NCBI GenBank assembly: GCA_027320085.1
Contig: DAHVLZ010000005.1
Span: forward strand, 35,220 to 99,219
Direction: 5' to 3'
Length of the DNA stretch: 64,000 bases
Origin: Pseudomonadota bacterium
Lineage (GTDB): Bacteria > Pseudomonadota > Gammaproteobacteria > JAKAQQ01
Made by a program: the position numbers and the translations under genes. How positions within the stretch are numbered: the stretch's first letter is position 1; the number at the start of each line of letters is the position of its first letter. Under the pieces are notes generated by a model. The model saw only the letters and a list, made by a program, of their open reading frames with translations. It had not been told where the DNA came from and ran no database searches. Positions 58,932 through 64,000 of this stretch are shown here, in pieces.

Positions 58932-60631
58932 AGCTCGCCGGAGGCCGGATCGATGTGCTCGGACAGGAGCCCGAGCCGGGTGCGGTGGGCCAGAAGGGTC
59001 TCGAAATGGGCGCGGGCCTCCTCCGTCCGCCCGAGCCGGGCCAGGGCCTTGAGGTACCAGAACGAACAGAGCGTGAAGGCGTTCCTGGGGAGGCCGAAGT
59101 CGTCTGGTTCGCGGTAGCGGAAGACGAAGTCGCCGACCCTGAGTTCGCGCTCGATGGCCTTCACCGTCTCGGCGAAGCGCGGATCCTCGGCCGGGAGGAA
59201 GCCGAGTTCGGCGAGCAGGAGACTGCTCGCATCCAGGCTCTCCCCGTCCCAGGTGGCGGTGAAGCTCCGTCGCCTGGGGTTCCAGGCCCGTGCCAGCACG
59301 GCGTCACGGAGGGGGGTGGCCTGTTTCGTCCAGAATGCAGCGCGGTCGGCCAGCCCGAGACGGCCGGCGATCCGGGCCAGGCGGTTGCAGGCGCACCAGC
59401 AGAGGACACTCGAGAAGGCATGGATCCGCGGCTTTCCCCGGATCTCCCACAGTCCGGCGTCCGGCTGGTCGTAAAGGCGGGAGGCCGCCTGTCCCAGGGT
59501 CTCGAGGTGGGCGAAAAGCGCCGCCTCTCCCGGCCGGTCGAGACGCTGGTCCCAGAAGGACTGGCTCGCGGCCAGCACCACGGCGCCGTAGACGTCGTGC
59601 TGTTCCTGCCCATAGGCGGCATTGCCAATGCGAACCGGACCCATCCCGCGGTAGCCGGCCAGGCTCCGGATTTCACGTTCCGGAAGTTCGGGTTCGCCGC
59701 TGATCGCGTAGACCGGCTGCAGATGCTGCTGGCCGTGGCGGGTGCCGAGGTTGATGACGAAGCGGAGGTAGTCCTCCATGGTGCGGGTCGCCCCGAGCCG
59801 GTTGAGCGCACGCACGACGAAATAGCTGTCGCGCAGCCAGCAGTAGCGGTAGTCCCAGTTGCGGCCGGAACCGGCGCTTTCCGGAATCGAGGTCGTCACC
59901 GCGGCCAGCACCGCGCCCGTGTCTTCGAAGGTGGAGAGCTTGAGGGTGATCGCGGCGCGGATGACGGCGTCCTGCCATTCGAAGGGAATGGCCAGATAGC
60001 GGGTCCATTCATGCCAGTACCGGCGGGTTTCCGCCAGGAACTCCCGGGACAGGGTTTCGAGCGGGCGCGTCAGGCTCTCGTCCGGTCCGAAGAAGAGGAC
60101 ACATTCCCGGTCGAGGACGAATGGCGTTTCATTGAGGATCGCGGTGAGCGAGACATCCGTGGTGAGACGGTGCGCCTGGCCTGGAAAGACGTAGCGGATA
60201 TGGTGGCTGCCGATCGTGATCTCGGGGCTGGATGCGCCGTACTGGCCGGCGGGCCGCAGGCGGAGGGTGAGCCGGGGCTGTCCGGCAAGCGGGCGCAGGA
60301 TGCGGACGAACAGCAGTGGGCGGTAGATCCGTTCGTAGAGCTTGAAGCGGGGCATGAAGTCGATCACCTCGAGACTCCCGCCCTGCTCGTCCTCGAAGGT
60401 CGTGACCAGGATCGCGGTGTTCGGCTCGTACCGCTGGGTGTGGCTCCGGCAGCGCTCGACCGAGAGATTCATGAACCCGCGTCCAGTCGTGTCCTCCGGC
60501 TGGAGCAGCGAACAGAAGACCGGGTCGCCGTCGAAGCGGGGCAGGGAGGCCCAGACGTATTCCCCGCGCTCGTCGATCAGGGCGCAGGTTGAGCTGTTGC
60601 CGATGAGGCCGAGTTCGAGGGTCCGGCTCAT
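58844..60631 (-). CDS. Glycoside hydrolase family 15 protein (glucoamylase/trehalase-like)
   Basis: 595 aa with an (alpha/alpha)6 barrel and GH15 motifs (WLRDSYF, catalytic Glu region). Embedded between otsB and otsA. Confidence 0.8.
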   Translation of the reverse strand: MSRTLELGLIGNSSTCALIDERGEYVWASLPRFDGDPVFCSLLQPEDTTGRGFMNLSVERCRSHTQRYEPNTAILVTTFEDEQGGSLEVIDFMPRFKLYERIYRPLLFVRILRPLAGQPRLTLRLRPAGQYGASSPEITIGSHHIRYVFPGQAHRLTTDVSLTAILNETPFVLDRECVLFFGPDESLTRPLETLSREFLAETRRYWHEWTRYLAIPFEWQDAVIRAAITLKLSTFEDTGAVLAAVTTSIPESAGSGRNWDYRYCWLRDSYFVVRALNRLGATRTMEDYLRFVINLGTRHGQQHLQPVYAISGEPELPEREIRSLAGYRGMGPVRIGNAAYGQEQHDVYGAVVLAASQSFWDQRLDRPGEAALFAHLETLGQAASRLYDQPDAGLWEIRGKPRIHAFSSVLCWCACNRLARIAGRLGLADRAAFWTKQATPLRDAVLARAWNPRRRSFTATWDGESLDASSLLLAELGFLPAEDPRFAETVKAIERELRVGDFVFRYREPDDFGLPRNAFTLCSFWYLKALARLGRTEEARAHFETLLAHRTRLGLLSEHIDPASGELWGNFPQTYSMVGIIESALLLSAPWEGAF

Positions 60632-61425
60632 GGACGGTCCCCGGCCAGGCCGGACAACCAGGCGACGGCCTCGGCGGGTGTCCCGAGACGGTAGCGGGCC
60701 CGCGTCGGCCCGGCGCCCACCTTGATGCTGGTTCCGGGGCCCCGGTTCACGACGTCAAAGGCGCACTCGTCCGTGACGTCGTCACCCAGGAAGATGGGTG
60801 ACCGCCCGCGGAAGGGGGGCTCCAGGAGGAAGGCTGCGACCGCCCGTCCCTTGTCCATTGCCGCGGGGCGGATTTCGAGAACGTTTTTACCCTCGAGGAG
60901 ATCCAGTTCCGGATGGCGGGACAGCATGCTTTCGAGACTTTCCCGCAGGCGTTCGAGGATCTCGGATCCTCCCCGGACGTGGATGGCGACGGAAAGCGCC
61001 TTGTCCTCGATGAAGGATCCCGGGACCCGCTCTGCGCATCGGGTGATTTCGGGACGCAGCCGGTCGAGCAGGGGGGTGTGGGTGTCCAGACGATGGAGTC
61101 TCCCGTTCCCATCGCGGCGCTCGGCCCCATGCTGGCCGGCGGCGGCAAAGATCTCGGGTGAAAAAAGCCGGTCCAGATCGGCGAGCGGCCGGCCGCTCAC
61201 GAGCGCGAGCGCCCCGTCGGCGAGGGTGCGGATCCTGACGAGCCTTTCGAGGAGCCGGTGTGGTACCGAGACGTCCCGGGGATGATCCGCGAGGGGCAGG
61301 AGCGTGCCGTCGACATCCAGGAACAGGGCGCATTCCCGGCAGCGCACCGTGGTGGGCGGAACGGGGAGCGGGGCTTCAGCCGGTGTGACGGACTGCGTCC
61401 TGCGGGGTGACCCGGGAAAAGACAT
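60628..61425 (-). CDS. otsB: Trehalose-6-phosphate phosphatase OtsB (HAD superfamily)
   Basis: HAD motif I LFLDVDGTL. Start taken at MSFPGSP. Its stop overlaps the GH15 start (4 bp). Confidence 0.8.
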   Translation of the reverse strand: MSFPGSPRRTQSVTPAEAPLPVPPTTVRCRECALFLDVDGTLLPLADHPRDVSVPHRLLERLVRIRTLADGALALVSGRPLADLDRLFSPEIFAAAGQHGAERRDGNGRLHRLDTHTPLLDRLRPEITRCAERVPGSFIEDKALSVAIHVRGGSEILERLRESLESMLSRHPELDLLEGKNVLEIRPAAMDKGRAVAAFLLEPPFRGRSPIFLGDDVTDECAFDVVNRGPGTSIKVGAGPTRARYRLGTPAEAVAWLSGLAGDRP

Positions 61426-61653
61426 GACGCGGTTTATTATGGGCAAAGTGGTGCTTCGTTGCAAACCGAGAAGAAAAAATGTCACGGCCCGGCGGGCTGT
61501 CCGCTCAAGGATCGCCTTGCGGACGGTGACGCAAGTGAAGGCTGGGATCAAGGTGGCTTGCGGCCAGCCGGCCGCGAGAGACCCCCCCTCGCCAGGGCTT
61601 GTCAATCGCTGTCCCAAAGTGATGCCAAAGAGCACACGTTGTTATAAACGTGC

Positions 61654-61740
61654 ATGAAGCAGTTCCGCTGGAACGGGACGAAGAACGCTGAGCTGCGCCG
61701 CTCGCGCGCCATCTCATTCGAGGAGATCGTGTGCTCGATC
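61654..61740 (+). pseudogene. BrnT-like (DUF497) toxin N-terminal fragment
   Basis: MKQFRWNGTKNAELRRSRAISFEEI matches the F.WD..K...NL.KHG.SFEE motif of BrnT. Similarity is lost after about 28 aa. Confidence 0.3.
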
Positions 61741-61914
61741 GCCGCGGGCAGCCTGCGCGATGTGCCGAAGCATCGCAACGCGGTGCGCTACCCCCGGCAG
61801 TTCGTGCCCGGGGCCATTGCGCCCTTTCCTCCCACGCTCGCGCGAGTGCTCCGGCCCCCGGCCCTTCCGCGGCCCCACTGCCCGCGCGATCCGGCCGAGC
61901 GCTGCAGCTCGTTC

Positions 61915-62304
61915 CAACCGCTGCTGCGCAGCCGCAAGCGCCTCCCGCTCGAGGCGCTTGCCGACCTCCGTCTCGATCCGCCGTCGCTCCATCCCGGTCA
62001 CCGCCGGCCCCGGGTGCGACGTCGCCTCCCGTTCAATCCCTTGTGCCTCGAGACTCCGGTGATCGATCCGGATCTCGTGCCCATGCTCCAAAAGCTTCCC
62101 GTTGACCCGCTCCGCCCAGAGCTCTAGGATCTCCAGGACTTCTGCCTTGGCCGGCCCCCAACCCGCCTTCCGACGGTTCGTGTCTGACCACTCGATCGTC
62201 GCCTGCTCTCCAAAGCCTCCAGGCTCGATCGCCCGGGTGGTGGCCAGCAGATGCGCATGGTAGTTACGCCCATCCCCCTTTAAGAACATGGGATTGCTGG
62301 ACAT
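61915..62304 (-). pseudogene. MobA/MobL-family conjugative relaxase fragment (internal portion, N-terminal catalytic region missing)
   Basis: ..HAHLLATTRAIEP...LEHGHEIRIDHRSLEAQGIEREATSHPGPAVTGMERR carries the MobA_MobL DHRS(L/H)..QGI signature. It lacks the N-terminal Tyr region, and the ORF dissolves into non-homologous sequence. Confidence 0.5.
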
Positions 62305-62465
62305 TTCCTGAACCTGAAGGTGAGACCCGAGGGACTTTCTGCCCCGGTGCGCCGGCTTCGGGAGATCCCGGGAACTTCTCCGCCCCCGGGGTACTCAGTA
62401 AACTGGATCCCAACGCGTGGCCTTGGCCGCGCCCGAAGCCGGTGATTGGCGGAGCAAAACCACCC

Positions 62466-64000
62466 ATGTGGCAGCCTTGGTTCGTCCTTGTGGTGCTTGT
62501 CCTCGCCCTGGTCCTCCTGGTCTGGGGATTCTGGCGCTACGATCTCGTTGCGGTCCTGGCGCTGCTCGCCCTGGCCTTTTCCGGAATCCTGCCGCCCACA
62601 GAGGTGTTCCGGGGATTCTCCAACCCGGCGGTCATCACGGTGGCCGCGGTCATGGTCGTCGGACGGGCACTCTGGAACGCCGGCATCATCGATGCGGTGA
62701 GCGGCTTCATCAGCCGTTCGGTGCATCACCCCCGGCTGCAGTTCATGGCGCTCACCGGGGTTCTCACCCTGTGCTCATCCGTCGTGAGCGATGTGGGGGC
62801 GCTCTCCGTCTTCCTGCCCGTGGCCACCCAGCTTGCCCACAAGAACAAACAGCCGCTCGGGCGAATTCTCATGCCCCTTTCGTTCAGCGCCATCCTGGGC
62901 GGTGTCGTGACCCTCATCGGAACGACGCCCAACATCTTGATTTCGGATTACCGGTTCAAAAGCACCGGGCACCCCTTCGGTTTCTTCGCCTTCACGCCCG
63001 TGGGCGGGGCCGTGGCGATCGCGGGTCTCGTCTTCCTCTGGCTCTTTTCGGGCGCATGCCTGCCCGGCCGGATGAAGCGCGGCAAACCGGACGTGGCCGA
63101 GGCGCCCGCCTACTCGGCCGAGGTCGTCGTGCCGGAGGAATCCCCCTTCGTCGACCGTGCGCTCGGCGAACTGGAGGAAGAAATCGATGCGGATTTCGCC
63201 GTCGTGGGCATCATCCGGGATGAGCAGCGCAAGCCCGTCAACCGCTACCTCCGGCTTCGACCGGCCGACGTGCTCCTGGTCCGGGCGGAACCCGACGACC
63301 TCAAGGTATTCCTGGATTCGAGCAAGATGACGCTCACCGGCAACCAGACCGTGGGCGGACGCTTTCAGGTGTCTGACGAAATGGCGCTTGAACAGGTGGT
63401 GCTGCATCGGGACTCCGGGCTCATCGGCCAGAGTGCCCGTTCGATCCGGCTGCGGCAGCGCTACGGCATCAATTTGCTGGCACTCTCCCGGCACGGCGGC
63501 CGTTTGCGGGGCCGGCTGGCCGATATGCGCCTCAAGGCCGGTGACCTGCTGCTGCTTCATGGTGACCGGACGGTGCTGAATGAACTGATCGCCCGCTTTC
63601 ACCTGCTCCCCCTGGCTTCCCGGGAGACCCGTCTCGTCAAGCCGACCCGGATACTTTCGGCCTTCTCGATTTTTGTGCTGGCAATTGCGGCAGTCGCATC
63701 CGGCCGGGTCTCGGCCCCCGTGGCCTTTCTCGGGGCATCGGCGCTTCTCGTCCTCACGGGTCATCTCACGCTGCGGGAGGTCTACGACAGCCTGGAGTGG
63801 CCCATCCTGATCCTGCTCGGGTCCTTTCTTTCCATCAGCCTGGCTTTTGAAAGGACCGGCGATGCCCAGGCGGTCGCGCATCTTCTGCTGGTGGTCGGAC
63901 GACACTGGCCCCTGTTCGCCCTGCTCGGGCTGTTCGTGACCATCTCCATGGTGTTCAGCAACTTCGTGAACAACGCCGCCACCGCGGTGATCTTCGCACC
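62466..64000 (+). CDS. SLC13/ArsB-NhaD-superfamily anion permease with two central TrkA-C (RCK_C) domains, partial (3' end outside window)
   Basis: Translated by hand from the ATG at 62466. N-terminal TM helices, two TrkA-C like segments (VVVPEESPFVDRALGEL.., VVLHRDSGLIGQSARSIRL..), then further TM helices. No stop before the window end, so it is absent from the ORF track. Confidence 0.8.
   Translation, partial: MWQPWFVLVVLVLALVLLVWGFWRYDLVAVLALLALAFSGILPPTEVFRGFSNPAVITVAAVMVVGRALWNAGIIDAVSGFISRSVHHPRLQFMALTGVLTLCSSVVSDVGALSVFLPVATQLAHKNKQPLGRILMPLSFSAILGGVVTLIGTTPNILISDYRFKSTGHPFGFFAFTPVGGAVAIAGLVFLWLFSGACLPGRMKRGKPDVAEAPAYSAEVVVPEESPFVDRALGELEEEIDADFAVVGIIRDEQRKPVNRYLRLRPADVLLVRAEPDDLKVFLDSSKMTLTGNQTVGGRFQVSDEMALEQVVLHRDSGLIGQSARSIRLRQRYGINLLALSRHGGRLRGRLADMRLKAGDLLLLHGDRTVLNELIARFHLLPLASRETRLVKPTRILSAFSIFVLAIAAVASGRVSAPVAFLGASALLVLTGHLTLREVYDSLEWPILILLGSFLSISLAFERTGDAQAVAHLLLVVGRHWPLFALLGLFVTISMVFSNFVNNAATAVIFA

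Noticed and set aside
1-64000. CRISPR arrays, rRNA genes, complete IS elements
   Set aside because: No short regularly spaced direct repeats. No rRNA-like conserved segments. No intact transposase ORF with terminal inverted repeats was seen. Only fragments are present (HTH remnant, integrase and relaxase fragments).

Overview
High-GC (about 65-68%) chromosomal window, probably from a gammaproteobacterium, inferred from gene order and from the MutT-ThiE fusion protein. The core backbone consists of the following blocks.
- The end of the dcw cluster (ftsA partial, ftsZ, lpxC), a DUF721 gene, an M23 peptidase, secA and a mutT-thiE fusion.
- A minus-strand yacG-zapD-coaE-pilD-pilC-pilB block.
- A divergent glycosylation cluster (GT2, GT4, a GT-C membrane glycosyltransferase and phosphomannomutase).
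- A leucine/isovalerate catabolism cluster (hmgL, mccA, enoyl-CoA hydratase, mccB, thiolase, ivd, leucine dehydrogenase) next to the fused isobutyryl-CoA mutase icmF.
- xerD, fdxA, a NUDIX gene, an alcohol dehydrogenase and a phosphoribosyltransferase.
- An otsB-GH15-otsA-mscS osmoprotection operon and a partial SLC13-type transporter at the window end.

Accessory material is interleaved with this backbone.
- A lower-GC roughly 2 kb insert carrying a DprA/Smf-like gene sits between ftsZ and lpxC.
- An AbiEii-like nucleotidyltransferase pair and a frameshifted HTH remnant lie between the peptidase and secA.
- A roughly 4.5 kb island is bounded by 99-bp imperfect direct repeats that duplicate the 3' end of mutT-thiE. 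It carries a two-gene TA-like module and a 970-aa secreted beta-propeller/phosphoesterase fusion, and is followed by vapBC.
- A three-gene operon of exported proteins includes a lower-GC Cys-containing secreted protein, and sits next to a wHTH-nucleotidyltransferase/HEPN pair.
- A decayed mobile-element graveyard (49.5-56.3 kb) contains a second nucleotidyltransferase pair, vapC, integrase, PIN and helicase-like remnants, parDE, and a hicAB cassette flanked by 94-bp near-perfect direct repeats.
- MobA-relaxase and BrnT-like fragments lie near 62 kb.

At least seven apparently intact toxin-antitoxin-like modules sit in 64 kb. No rRNA, convincing tRNA or CRISPR array was found. Many long antisense ORFs in the track are GC-driven artefacts and were ignored.
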